Of a DNA stretch of 64,000 bases, positions 39,247 through 52,197 are shown piece after piece. The stretch's first letter is position 1. The number at the start of each line of letters is the position of its first letter. Both the position numbers and the translations under genes were made by a program. The DNA lies in assembly GCA_951406725.2 (NCBI GenBank), contig OX597815.1:4898001-4962000 (forward strand). The letters are read 5' to 3'. This stretch comes from Octopus vulgaris. Lineage: Eukaryota. Under the pieces are notes generated by a model. It saw nothing but the letters and a program-made list of their open reading frames with translations, searched no databases and was not told the origin of the DNA.

Positions 39247-39500
39247 ATACGTCCCTGTAACTTAGCAGTTTGGCAAAAGAAACCGATAGAATAATTACTA
39301 GGCTTACAAAGAATAAGTCCTGGAGTTGATTTGCTCGACTAAAGGCAGTGCTCCAGCATGGCCACAGTCAAAATTACTGAAACAAGTAAAAGAGCACACC
39401 TGATGAAAGCTGGAGGGTATACCAGCCGAAATGTTGTGTTAACAAGATGAGGACAAATATCCGTCAAATGTAAATAACGTAAACACTGTAAATAATGTAC
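38920..39500 (+). mobile_element. tRNA-head/hammerhead element interrupted by a family-A SINE (39042-39394)
   Basis: Partial head, (AAT)n and AAATTTCCCCA resume as CACACCTGATGA after the SINE. Confidence 0.75.
39395..39440 (+). ncRNA. Minimal hammerhead motif (same family, slightly decayed)
   Basis: CACAC-CTGATGA-AA-GCTG-gagggtatac-CAGCC-GAAA-TG-TT-GTGTT. Confidence 0.6.
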
Positions 39501-39749
39501 AACTGGTATTTGTTTTATTGATGTGAGAAAGATGAAAGGTGAAGTCGACCTTGGTGGAATTTGAACTCAGAACAGATGAAATGCCACAAAGCATTTTGTC
39601 TGGCATGATGACGGTTCTGTCAGTTTGCTGCCTTTTACCAGCTTAAAAATGACAAAGTTATTTTACTAAATACCAGGCACTCAATGTCTTCACACGTGTA
39701 AGGCAACACCCATGAGGCACCCATGACTTATCCTGGTCTCCTAAACCTT

Positions 39750-40381
39750 CATCACACATCTCAAGAGAAAAGAGAAGCTTGCCTTTGAGTCATTCAAGAA
39801 AGTCTGCGATAACTTCCTGGGCAAACATTGTTCAGAAGACGATGTGCAAGTTGTGAATGATCTGCTGAGTTATTATCATGATATGGGATGTAATATGTCT
39901 CTAAAAGTTCATTTGCTTCACTCTCGTTTGGATGTTTTTGCGGAAAATCTTGGTGATGTGAGTGATGCACATGGTGAAAGATTCCATCAGGATATTTCAG
40001 TGATGGAGCGATGATTCAAAGGAAAATGGAACCCTGGCATGTTGGCAGACTACTGCCGGGGTATGAAAAACAGAAGATCATACTCCGCACAGGAGGCTTA
40101 GAAGAGTAAAAGTTGTTTAAACTGACAGGTGTGTTTTTAATTCATAACCAATATATGTTTTGTTATACCAACTAAATTGTTGCTTTGTTTTCTGTAACTT
40201 TCAGTATTTGCAATGTTGTGTTCAATATGCAATATTATAAAACATATTGTTAATGGTACAGGAAAACGGTGCCTAATCTGGAGAAATAAAGGTCAGAATA
40301 AGAATCAGGACAATTTTTTGACCCAGAAACAAGTCTTACTTCACTTGTACTTTTTTTTAACCTGAAATTTGTTGCAGAGTG
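39750..40381 (+). mobile_element. DNA-transposon 3' half, Chapaev-3-like transposase relic
   Basis: GCNMSLKVHLLHSRLDVFAENLGDVSDAHGERFHQDISVMER*FKGKWNPGMLADYC, with an internal stop. Ends AAATTTGTTGCAGAGTG. Family assignment is from motif memory. Confidence 0.65.
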
Positions 40382-41580
40382 TTAACAGTTCCGATTGAAC
40401 ACACCTATCCTTAAAGACATCCCACCCGTGATCATGCTACAATTTGATACACCCGCAACCATACTATCCAATGTATTTTCTGTTATTTAAGACGTTTGGG
40501 CGAAATGCCAAGCGGTATTTCGTCTGCCGTTACGTTCTGAGTTCAAATTCCACCAAGGTCAACTTTTCATTTCAGCCTTTTGGGGGTCGATAAAGTAAGT
40601 ACCAGTTATACACTGAAGTCAATGTAATCGACTTAATCCCTTTGTCTGTCCTTGTTTGTCCCCTCTGTGTTTTGCCCCTTGTGGGTAGTAAAGAAATAGG
40701 TATTTTGTATGTCTTTACGTTCCGAGTTCGAATTCTGCCGAGGCCGACTTCGCCTTTCAGCCTTTCGGGGTGGATAAATTAAGTACCAGTTGCATACCGA
40801 GGACGATCTTATCGATCGGCCCCCTCCCCCTAAATTTCAGGCCTTATGCCTATAGCAGAAAGGATGATTTAAGACGGTAGGATGAATTTGAGAGAAATCT
40901 GACTGCTGTTTCTAGCGACTGTTATAATTAGATAGGAGTTATTTCCCTTGCTAATCAACAGCTCATATGAATATTTTTTTTTTCCCTCTATCAACCCCTA
41001 CTGTAAAACCTTAGTCTTTTCACCATAAACCCTATTTCAGGGACCCTGAAGATAATTTCAGAAGATATTTTTTCAAGAAATTTAATTACTGAATCACTCA
41101 AATATCCAATCACTTTCCAACATAAATTTAACCGGTTTTAAATTAAATGCAGGCAAAAATTTTGTGGTTTATTTTCAATTAGGGCCCCTTTCGTTTATTT
41201 CTTTAATACCTTGAACGGAAAGGAATGAACGACACCACATCATATTTTTTTTGTCATATTTAAATAATCTAACCCTTCGGCAGAGTTTTGGAACACCCAC
41301 ACGTTCACTTTTCTCCGTTTTGATGGGGGTTTATCATCATTTTATTTCCACCACGCACTTGATAGGGCCTTTATATATATATACTCTTTTACTTGTTTCA
41401 GTCATTTGACTGTGGCCATGCTGGAGCACCGCCTTTAATCGAGCAAATCGACCCCGGGACTTATTCTTTGTAAGCCCAGTACTTATTCTATCAGTCTCTT
41501 TTGCCGAACCGCTAAGTGACGGAGACGTAAACACACCAGCATCGGTTGTCAAGCAATGCTAGGGGGACAAACACAGACAC

Positions 41581-41648
<68 letters not shown>

Positions 41649-42599
41649 TTATGCCTGTATTTGTTTTCCGTGAGAGTTTGCGCGCTGTTAGTTGGGGCAT
41701 TTGAATTATAACGTCGGATGTAATCAATTGAACCACACGCGTATTTATCGTTATGGTATAATTTTAAAGATGATTCCCATCTTTCCCCACGGGGTCCTTA
41801 CAGTGGATTTTTCGGTTTTCTTTTTTAGGCGAACCTTCGGTTAATTCATTAATAGCGAAACAATTGTCCCAAAATAATCTGTATTTTGTTATTTTTTATT
41901 TGCCCTGTCCGTGTGAGCTGACAATCGTACTGATTTTCATGGGAAGCATCACCTTTTTTTTGTTGCATTACGCACTTAAAAAAAAACAATGTGTGGAGCC
42001 TTTTATGGTCAATATAAAGATCTTCACCCGTGAAAAAAAAAAAAAATATATATAAATAAATGTGGTAAGTAGCTTGCTAACCAACCACATGGTTGCGGGT
42101 TCAGTCCCACTGCATGGCATCTTGGGCAAGTGTCTTCTGCTATAGCCCCGGGCCGACCAATACCTTGTGAGTGGATTTGGTAGACGGAAACTGAAAGAAG
42201 CCCGTCGTACATATGTATATATATATATATAGATGTGTGTGTTTGTGTGTCTGTGTTTGTCCCCCTAGCATTGCTTGACAACCGATGCTGGTGTGTTTAC
42301 GTCCCCGTCACTTAGCGGTTCGGTAAAAAGAGAACAATAGAATAAGTACTGGACTTACAAGTCCCGGGGTCGATTTGCTCGACTAAAGGCGGTGCTCCAG
42401 CATGGCCGCAGTCAAATGACTGAAACAAATAAAAGAGTAAAAGAGTAAAGTAAATAAAACACAAAGTAAGGATCGACTAGTCACAACTAGCTGGCGCGGA
42501 TGCGCGACTATGCGAGTGCGCGCACCGGGACCACTGTTTTTAAGGGGTAAGGGCAATCTTTCGTCGAAAGATCGCCGTTTTTAAGTAGTAACCTGTATT

Positions 42600-42633
<34 letters not shown>

Positions 42634-42928
42634 TAAAAATATTATTTCTCTGGAAGTTATGTGAAAACAAATTCGAGTTGGAGGGGAGGGGCACTTGTGT
42701 CGGTTTGTGATTTTTTTTTTTTTTAAGTCTGTCCAATATTCTTTTGAAGTTCGTGGTGGAAAAAAAAAAAACAATTTGAAAAATCGCGGTCAAAACGGAG
42801 AAAAATGCAATTTTGCGGATGCGACGAAGAGAAGAAGAAATAAAGCCTGATTGTTCTGTGGAATTGGTTTGGGACAAACATTACGAAACTGAAGTTAAGC
42901 AGAAAATAAAGATTTAGTATATTGGTAC

Positions 42929-43039
42929 CTTCGGGTATATCTCATTTTTAAATTCTTCACAAGAAATTCCACAAATATATCGCAGTTCTTTGACCTTTGT
43001 CTTCCGATCACAATTTTTGGAACCAGAAATTGATTCCAT
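42929..43039 (-). CDS. TYW5: TYW5 exon 1 (MESISGSKNCDRKTKVKELRYICGISCEEFKNEIYPK)
   Basis: ATG at 43039, 111 nt, donor AAG|GTACC. Resembles the N-terminus of human TYW5 (G-S-E-F...YP) and splices in frame to exon 2. Confidence 0.85.
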
Positions 43040-43324
43040 CCCGCAACCAGAAATGCTTTCAGTATCTACACGGGTGTCAGGCCGAAATAGTCCCCCTTTG
43101 TATTTTATACCGAGAACCTGAGGTTTAATTGATCTTTACACACCGTGCAAATAAATATTATAAATTGTTAATTTGTATTTCGATAATTACTTCAGGTGAG
43201 AAATATTAATAAAAGGTGTATTTTAATTTTCTGTTGAACAAAGAACGAGAACTGAACGACAGTATCTGTATAAAAGTCAACCGTTAAGCGGTGCAAGACC
43301 TTGTTCCACCATCAAACGTAAAGC
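43040..43324. promoter_or_regulatory. Putative bidirectional promoter / shared 5' region of TYW5 and MAIP1
   Basis: 285 bp of repeat-free sequence between two divergent ATGs. Transcription starts cannot be placed from sequence alone. Confidence 0.7.
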
Positions 43325-43807
43325 ATGGCAGCTTCTGGGCTGAGATATGTCCTTAATTACCACAAAAACTGTCTTTCCACCGCTTCGAACGTTATTCTTT
43401 CAATGTCCTTGCTTTCTAGGAAATACCTTCAAGCCAACAGGGTTAAGCTGATCCGGTTTTTGAACTTTCCGCATGCCCTGGTTAAAAGAAACCCAAGACC
43501 TTTGCCTCGACCTCTACAGGTTCACGCTTCACACAATCATTATTGCAAGCAATTTCATTCTTCAACACATTCTTCTTTAATTCTCTCCAAGCAGCGAAAT
43601 GCTGCCGTGGCCCGACTTGGAACTCTTTTACACAGATCTTATCACGATGACAAATCGGATAAACCTTGTTTGAAATTAATGGATTTTCCTGAAATAATTT
43701 GGCCGAGTCCGATAAAATCCTTCCGAAATTGGTGGTTTTCCAAATTAATTCAAGGATATTATGATCACAGCTTTTCCATAGATTCTTTCCTAACTGGCTC
43801 AGAACAG
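43325..43807 (+). CDS. MAIP1: MAIP1 (m-AAA protease-interacting protein 1, C2orf47) exon 1
   Basis: ATG at 43325. R/S/L-rich, acid-poor N-terminus resembling a mitochondrial presequence, then ...IQGYYDHSFSIDSFLTGSEQ|gtgtgt (cf. MAIP1 F-FSI-EF-EGAKQ). 483 nt, phase 0. Confidence 0.85.
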
Positions 43808-44789
43808 GTGTGTACTTATGAAAAATAAGGAAAAAATATTTATGATTTAACATTGAGCGAGTCATATTATGCTTTTCTGAAGTTTGTTTATTTTATTTAA
43901 TTTCTTTTCCCCAATGGTTTGAACTGAAAGGAAGGGAACTGTGCCCCCTGGGTTTTGCTAGGCCCTTCCAGGCAGGTGAGAGAGATGCAGCTAAGTCGGA
44001 GGAGATGAAGCGACTGTCGTAGAATTAAAAAAATACTGAGGGAAGAAACTATATTCTGTGGAACTAATGTGTTTGTGGGAGACTCGAGTGTTTTTAGGGG
44101 CAGACGGGGTATGTTTGTATGTATAGCAATTGCACTGCCCCAAATGAGGGACCAATATTCCGTTTTGGGTCTTGTTAGCAACTGTTGAGGGTGAAATTTT
44201 TTCGACTTTAAAGAGAATAGCTGGTCTCGGCTTAACTCGGTTGTCGAAATCTCTCTCGTCCCTCACGGAAACCAACTAAAACTTCCAAGAAAAACTGTTA
44301 TTTAATTACTAATTATATCAAACATTGTCAGTATTTCTCAAATAAGTCGGTTTGTTAGAAACAATGCATGATATGAATTTAGCTCAGCCAGGCTCTCCTA
44401 TAGAATTTCTCTGCATTAACGAATCAATGAATGAAAATCCCCATCACCAACAATCGGTGTTTTTTTATCGAAGCTTTTCGTAAATATTTAAAATGTCATG
44501 AGATATTTCGTTAATGTTATTGGCAAATATTAGTTTCTTGCATACAAAACGAATTTCTGTGAAGGGGGGAAATGTCATCAGTTGAACACCTGTCTGTATA
44601 TTATTAATTTTATCAACACTTGGGGAATGAAAACCAAGGTTGATGCCGTAATGATTAGCCATCATTAGCCAGGTGCCCTTTCTCTGTCCAGTGAGTGGTT
44701 TACTAATTATTTTCCAGTTCCCTCTGTTGTGCTGCATGCATACAAACAGCCTGGCCCTTCTTTTTGGTCCATTCTTCAATGTTGTCCGT

Positions 44790-45005
44790 CAACAAACGTC
44801 TTTGAGTCTCTTGCTCTTCCCGTCAACACAAAAAGGTGAACCTCTGTGCATTGTCTTTCCAAAACATGATAGCTTTGTGCACTTGATTCTCGATAATAGA
44901 TACCTTTGCACCTTTAGTTTTTTCAGTATTGCATTAGTTAACCTGTCTCTCCAGCTTATTCTGTCCACTCTGCAAACGATCCACCTTCCAAAGGCTTCTA
45001 TTTTC
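44790..45005 (-). mobile_element. RTE-like LINE C-terminal fragment
   Basis: KIEAFGRWIVCRVDRISWRDRLTNAILKKL...LSCFG. Confidence 0.6.
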
Positions 45006-45631
45006 TTTTTTTTTTTTGCTCCATAACTGTGTACATTGTTCAAGTTTCTGCCCCGTTGAGGACAATTGGCATAATACAACTCTTTACTAGCCTCAGTTTT
45101 AGCTGCAGTGTCGGCGAAGATTTATTTTCATTCTTAAATATTCTTGTAATGATATAAGCTTAAAAAATACAAGTGACGGAACAGGCAAGGCACGACAAGA
45201 TATTTAGTGAGAAGGTGTACAAATTCTATCTATACAGAAACATTTTAATAGAAAATTACCGATTCCATGAACGATGCAGTTGGAATATTGATTTTTTTCG
45301 GAACTCTACATGGCTCCGACCGTTGAGAGTGAAATAGTATCTTGTCCTTAAAACAAAACGATAAGATAACAACAAATAGTCAGCTGTTTAGTATTCTAGT
45401 GTTTGGGTCCTCCCCCGCGCGCTCTCTTTTCCTCTCTCTCTCTCTCAATTGTTTTAGTGAAACTGAAAAACTTCAAAAACAATTTGTGAAGTTTTTTTAA
45501 ACTTCAATAAAACACTGTATCCAATGTTTTCGTGTACCACGAGTCTATATGAGTGATTCTCTCAAAGTAAATAACACAGTATTTTGTGTTTTAAAACAAC
45601 AACCACGTTAAGTCCGAAATAAAAATTACTT

Positions 45632-45904
45632 TAGAGTAGAGGCTCCCAAACATTTTGGGCCACCGCCTCCCTCTTAGCCACAAAATATCCTCGGCTCCTA
45701 CCACCCCTATTTTTATGTATAAATAAATATTTTATTTTTAACTAATTTATATATACTATGAATCATTTGGTATTTAATATATTACATAATTTGTATACAA
45801 TACTGTAATAATATCATAATAAATTCATAGCGCCCCCCAATCCACGGCCTTCCTCCCGACACCTCCTCACCGGGGGGCTGTAGCGCCCACTTTGAGAACC
45901 TATG
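45632..45904. mobile_element. hAT-like MITE relic
   Basis: TAGAGTAGAGGCTCCCAAAC ... CACTTTGAGAACCTATG imperfect terminal inverted repeats. Confidence 0.45.
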
Positions 45905-45949
45905 TTTTTGTTATGTATTTGTCTGAATATTTTTTTTTATCATACCTTA

Positions 45950-46376
45950 TGCACCCTCTATGATAGGAATTGTTTCTGTTTTTAGATTCCACATTCTAGT
46001 TACCTCTATTTCCAGGTCTTTGTATTTTGAAAGTTTCTCCATTTCTTTTAGAGACACGTTGTCATCTGCTGGTATTGATACATCAATTAGAAAGCCTTTT
46101 TTTCTTCATGATCTCTGACAACTACATCTGGCCTATTGGCCTTAATTTCTCTATCTGTGTGTATCGGCATATCCCAGAGTATGGTTGCTTTCTCGTTTTC
46201 TGTGACCTTTTCTGGTGTGTGCCTATACCATCTTTTTTCTGTTGTTATTCCATAATGTTGGCATAGCTTCCAGTGTATTTGGGTCCCAACACTGTCATGT
46301 CTGTGAATATATTCCTTCTTAGCCAGGACTGGGCAGCTAGAGATAATATGATTTATTGTTTCTTGTCCATCTCCAT
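45950..46376 (-). mobile_element. R4/Dong-like non-LTR element, restriction-like endonuclease fragment
   Basis: ETINHIISSCPVLAKKEYIHRHD...ILWDMPIHTDREIKANRPDVVV...LIDVSIP...EKLSKYKDL (CCHC tail, RHD, PD..D, KxxKY motifs). Confidence 0.8.
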
Positions 46377-47608
46377 ATATTAATATCATCATCATTACTA
46401 ATATTATTATCATTTTTATTATCATTAGAGTGGTGGGCTGGCATGAAAAAATGCTATGCAATATTTTTTCCACAATTGCATTCCAAGTTCAAATTCTGTT
46501 AAGGTTGACTTTGCTTTTCATCCTGTTGGGATTGATAAAATAAGCACCAGTTGATGTAACAGGTTTGCACCCTCCCTTCAAAGTTGCTAGTCTTATCCCA
46601 AAACTTGAAAGATTATTATTAATCATAATTATTCTGATTTTTGTCGGAGTTTTCAAAATTATCTAATCTCTAAAAAGACACAAAAATCCTTTCATAAACC
46701 ACCAAGATCATCATCATCATCGTTTAACATCCGTTTTCAACGGTGGCATAGGTTGGACGGTTTGACTAAGGTCTGGAAAGCCAGTGGCTGCACCACGCCC
46801 CAATCTAATCTGGTAAGGTTTTCTACAGCTGGATACCCTTCCTAATGCCAACCACTCTGAGAGTGTAGTAGGTGCTTTTTACGTGCCACTGCGGCAGGAG
46901 CCAGTCAGGTGAGCCTGGCATTGATTATGTTCAGGTAGTGCTTTTTACGTGTCCCCTTGAATCAGATACTTAGAATTGACTTCTTTAGTGGTCAGGGGCT
47001 AAAATCTCTGCCTAGGGAACTTCCCTCACCCAAACAAACGTCTGGTATCTATTCCTCTTTGTTATGTGAACAGCAGTAACCTGCCAAGAGGTAACTCAAA
47101 ATACCCAGAGCTTATAGTCTAACGCCTGATTTATTTGAAGCATAACCCCTCCTCTTTTTTTTTGTTTTTTGCAATATTTCTTTTATATCACTTTAGCCAT
47201 TTGGTATCCAGGTTATTCTGTCAAATATAATGCTTATTTATCCATATTGTTTTGAATTAATTATACATTATCACAGTGCTATGAGATTTTGATAATGTGG
47301 TTCTTTATTTTTACAATGACAGTAGGGTAAGTGTGAGAGGCTGGATCTGGCCAGTTTGGACATAAAACCAGTAGAATATTCGGGCCTGATGTGGTTGGTG
47401 TAAATGCTAATGAGTTAAAAATGGGAAATTTGTATCAAACAGTGAGGGGCAGTCTTGGAGAGGTTGGTATCAAAAGGGTTAAACTGGATACAAAAATCTT
47501 AAAGCACCCCCCCCCCCATCTTTTTTTTTTGTAATCATCCAATTTCCATAAAACCAAAATGATGGGACATAAATGAAGAATTCAATTTCCCAATTCTTTT
47601 AATTGCAG

Positions 47609-47680
47609 GCCATTAATTATGTTTCTAACTGTTTGGCAGAAGGAGATTTTGATGAGCTTCAACACATTGTGGAACCTGAA
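47609..47680 (+). CDS. MAIP1: MAIP1 exon 2 (AINYVSNCLAEGDFDELQHIVEPE)
   Basis: Acceptor ttgcag|, donor |gtaagt, 72 nt. Resembles MAIP1 AFAHVSKLLSQCKFDLLEELVAKE. Confidence 0.85.
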
Positions 47681-50600
47681 GTAAGTAGTTCTTGTGATTT
47701 TTTTCTTCATCATCATCGTTTAATGTCCGTTTTCCATGCTGGCATGGGTTGGAAGGTTCAACTGGGGTCTGGGAAGCCAGGAGGCTGCACCAGGTCCCAA
47801 TCTGATCTGGCAGTGTTTCTACAGCTGGATGCCCTTCCTAATGCCAACCACTCCGAGAGTGTAGTGGGTGCTTTTTATGTGCCACTGGCACAGGGGCCAG
47901 AGGAGCTGGCATCGACCATGACTGGGTGGTGCTTTTTACATACCACTGACATGGAAGCCAGTCAAAGCAGCACTGGCATCGGTCACGTTCAGATGGTGCT
48001 TTTTACGTGCTACCAGCATGGGGGTCACAGCTACAATTTCCATTTGATTTGGTTTTGATATTGATGTACTTTACTCAATAGGTCTCCTCACCTTTCTTTA
48101 ATTTTAAATTTAACGATTTTATGAATGCAGACATGACCTTGTAGGTAAGAAATTTGCAACAAGCTCTTAAGGTGGCTTTGGCCCCCTTCTTCAAGGGAGT
48201 TCATATGCAAGGTAGTTGACCTGGCTCCCCTCCCAGGTTGGCACAAATGAGCTGGAAGGAAATTGAGGATGTGGCTGGCCGATGTGCAAGCACAATCAGG
48301 CCCTTGTGTCTATAGTTTTTGGCAGCGGAACCAGGAATGGGTATCCATTACAGCCTCAACTGTAGCTTACTGTTGGATGTGGTCAGCATTTGTTTGTTCC
48401 TTCTCGAGCCATACCTGGCTCACAAGGGCCGGTTTCCTTGGCGCATAGGTTCCCCACCTGGACGGGACACCGGTCCATCGCAGGTGGGCTGCAAGATGCA
48501 GGAGGAAAGAATGAGAGAAAGTTGTGGCAAAAGAGTCAGTAGAAGCTTGCCATTACCTTCTGCCGGAGCCGGGTGAAGCTTAGGTGTTTCGCTCATAAAC
48601 ACACATCGCCTGGTCTGAGATTCGAACCAGTGATCCCTCGACTGCGAGTCTGCTGCTCTAACCACTAGGTCATGTGCCTCCACATGGTCAGCATTCCTGA
48701 GGGACAAAGTGAACTTATTAATTGGAGATCGCTCAGCCCACCCTGGGGCAACACTACTTATACATACAAGGAGTACTTTTGGTGAGTGATTTCTCTTTTA
48801 GCCCTGGACTGATTACAGACTTGTGAGCAGATTTCAGAGATAGGAACCTGAAAAAAGCCAGTTGTGTGTGTGTCTGTGTCTCCTTGTCATTGTGTGCAGG
48901 TTGTCATTAATTTGCAGTCCTCTGTAAAAACCTGACCGTTTCACCATTTGTGTTTGAAGGGAAATAATGAAGGATTTAGTAAAATAATTTTGTCTTTATT
49001 AAGTTGGTGTTTGGAATATAAATTGGTTTCAAATTTTGCCACAAGGCCAGTGATTTCAGGGCAAGGAGAAAGTTGATTACACATCGACCTCCTCTTCCCC
49101 TATTCAACTGGTACTTATTTTATCGACCCTGAAAGCATGAAAGGCAAAGATGACCCCGGTGGCATTTGAACTCGAAGATAAAGTTGGAAGAAATGCCATT
49201 TAAACATTGTCCCCTGGCATGGTAAGCATCTTGAGAGAAAAGTTGGGCATAAGAGGCATCAGCTGTGGTGTTCAAGTGAGAGGACTGCACTGGTATGATG
49301 ATGTATATGGGTGAGGACAGAAGTGCTGATCTCTAACTGTGGAGGAAACCTGTGGTAGAGGTAGACCCAAGAAGACATGGGATAAGGTGGTGAAACATGA
49401 TCTTTGAACTTTGGGCCCCACAGAGGCAATGACTAGTGACCAAGACCTTTCACGATATGCTGTGCTTGAGAAGACCTATCAAGCCAAGTGAAATCATGGT
49501 CATGGTTGATGCTGGTGTCACGTAAAAAGCACCTTTCAAGAATTGGGCCTCACGGAGGCAAAGTGGCTGATGCTGGTGGCATATGAAAAGCTCCTTTCAA
49601 GTGTTGGGCCTCACGAAGGCAATGACCGAGGAGACCTTTGGCATTATGTTGTGCTTGAGAAGAAGACCCATGAAGCCAAATAAAATTGTAGTCATGACAG
49701 ATACTGGTGCCATGCAAATGGCACCCATGCCAGTGACACATAAAAAGTATCCATTATACTCTCAGAGTGGTTGGCATTAGGAAGGGCATCCAGCCATGGG
49801 AACCATGCTAAATCAAACTAGGATCCGGTGCAGTTGTCGAGTAATGCAGTCACCTCTCATCATCATCATCGTTTAACATCTGCTTTCCATGGGTTGGATG
49901 GTTTGATTGAGGACTGGCGAACCAGATGGCTGCACCAGGCTCCAATCTGATCGAGCAAAGTTTCTACAGTCAGATGCCCTTCCTAACACCAACCACTCCG
50001 AGAGTGTAGTGAGTGCTTTTATGTGCCACCAGCACGGGGTCCAGTCAGGCGGTACTGGCAATGACCTCGCTTGAATGTTTTTCACATGCCACTGGCACAG
50101 GTGCCAATGAGGTGATGCTGGTAAAAATTAGTTTGATGCCTTAACTAATCTGAAGAAGTAGTTAGAATGGTAATTCCACAGCTTCATAACAATTTGTACT
50201 TCATTATAAAGTACGATTTGTTACGAAACTGTGGAATTACCATTCTGAACATTTGCGAAGATCATTTGTTTCAAGTCTGGAGAAAACTGGCAAAGGTCAA
50301 TACATTCTGATAATTTAATGCCTTCCATCTTGTCATTGGACTGTGGCCATGCTGGGGCACCACCTTCACAGGTTTAGTTAAACAAATCAGCCTTGATTGT
50401 CAAGCAGTGGTGAGAGGCATCAGCAAAGCTGAAGGTACATACACACACATCTTTTATCCTGTTTCAGTCATTAGACTGCGACCATGCTGGGGCACCATCT
50501 TGAAGAATTTTTAGTCGAATGACTTTATTTTTTTGAGCTTAGTACTTATTCTGTCAGTTCCTTTTGCTGAACCACTAGGTTATATGGACATAACACTCCA

Positions 50601-51475
50601 AGGCCAGTTGTCAAGTAGTGGTAGAGGACAAATGCTCTCTCACACACACACACGTATAAAAAGCACCTGGCCCCCTCTGAAAAGTGGTTGGCATTAGGAA
50701 AGGCATCCACCCATAAAAATCATTCCAAAGCAGACAGTGAAACTTAGTGCAGTCCTTTGGCTTGCCAGCCCCTGTCAAACCGTCCAACCCATGACAACGA
50801 TGGGCTTCTTTCAGTTTCCGTTTACCAAATCCACTCCCAAGGCTTTGGTCAGCCCAAAGGCTATAGTTGAAGACACTTGCCCAAGGTGCCACACAGTGGG
50901 ACTGAACCCGGAACCATGTGGTTGGGAAGCAAACTTATTACCATACAGCCACGTCTGTGCTGTTGGTCCATGCATTCTAGATATATAATACCTATTTCTT
51001 TACTACCCACAAGGGGCTAAACACAGAGGGGACAAACAAGAACAGACACAGGTATTAAGTCGATTACATCGACCCTAGTGCGTAACTGGTACTTAATTTA
51101 TCGACCCCGACAGGATGAAAGGCAAAGTCGACATTACCGTTGCTTCAATTAGGGTCACTCTGCACTCTTAGACATGAAGGGGTGAATTCTACGGTGGACA
51201 ATGTGATGATCTGGACCTTTACTCACTCCACTGTCCAGCCTATTTCTTTACTCCTACAGTCTCCCATTGTTGCCACAGTATGGATGGGACGATGTGGACT
51301 TGACTAGACTGTGATAGTTGCTCTTCCGTTGGTATTGCAGTTATTTAGCCCAAGGTCAACCCGGTTTCAGGTGACTTATGATCAAAGGTTTTCCAGCTGT
51401 GACCAACCCATCTTCCTCCCTTCACTGTTTTCCTTTTCTTCAAACACTGTATCTAACACAACATCATCAACTGTT

Positions 51476-51720
51476 CATTATTTACATTATTTACATTTGA
51501 CGGATATTTGTCCTCATCTTGTTTGTTGTTAACGCAACATTTCAACTGATATACCCTCCAGTCTTCATCAGGTGTCTTGGGGAAGTTTTGAACCTGAGCA
51601 TATGGCGTAGTGGTTAAGAACGCAGGCTACTAAACTCAAGATTCCGAGTTCGATTTCAGGTAGTGACCTGAATGATGATGATGATAATAATAATAATAAT
51701 AATAATAATAACATTGAAAA
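51476..51720. mobile_element. Inverted hammerhead tail joined to a forward tRNA-like head (truncated copy)
   Basis: Minus tail 51476-51597 abuts GCATATGGCGTAGTGGTTAAGAACGCAGGCTACTAA...GAGTTCGATTTC...(AAT)n. Confidence 0.75.
51531..51576 (-). ncRNA. Minimal hammerhead motif (same family)
   Basis: Minus strand reads GACAC-CTGATGA-A-GACTG...CAGTT-GAAA-TG-TT-GCGTT. Stem II still pairs despite substitutions. Confidence 0.6.
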
Positions 51721-52157
51721 ATGGTGTAGGCTCCTGCCCAGCCATCTCCTGTCCAACTGTCCAACCCATGCCAGCATGGAAGGAGGACATTAAACGATGA
51801 TCATCGTCATTGTTGTGATGGTGTTCTTGAAATAGAAGAGTGCCAGGCAAAGGTGGTAGTGTTGCTGAAATGGTAAAGTACCATTCTATCTGTGCTATTT
51901 AGAGTGAATTCATTAGATTCTTAATTACACTTAATCCTTCCAGTGTTGGCTTTGTCTTCTCTCTCTCTCTCTCTCCCTCCCCCTCTCTATTCCTTCCCCT
52001 CTCTCACACACAGATGCACAAACTCTATGGATACTATGGAATTTCTGATGTATATCCAATAGCCTGAGCATTTCCACCATATGATGACGTCAGGTAGCCA
52101 ATAACTGGGGATGAGCTTTGTATAGCATTCTACAAGATTTTTACCTAAATCTTATCC

Positions 52158-52191
<34 letters not shown>

Positions 52192-52197
<6 letters not shown>

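Noticed and set aside
43897-44275. Minus-strand ORFs in MAIP1 intron 1
   Set aside because: No recognisable domain, and next to an RTE fragment. Likely decayed retroelement sequence.
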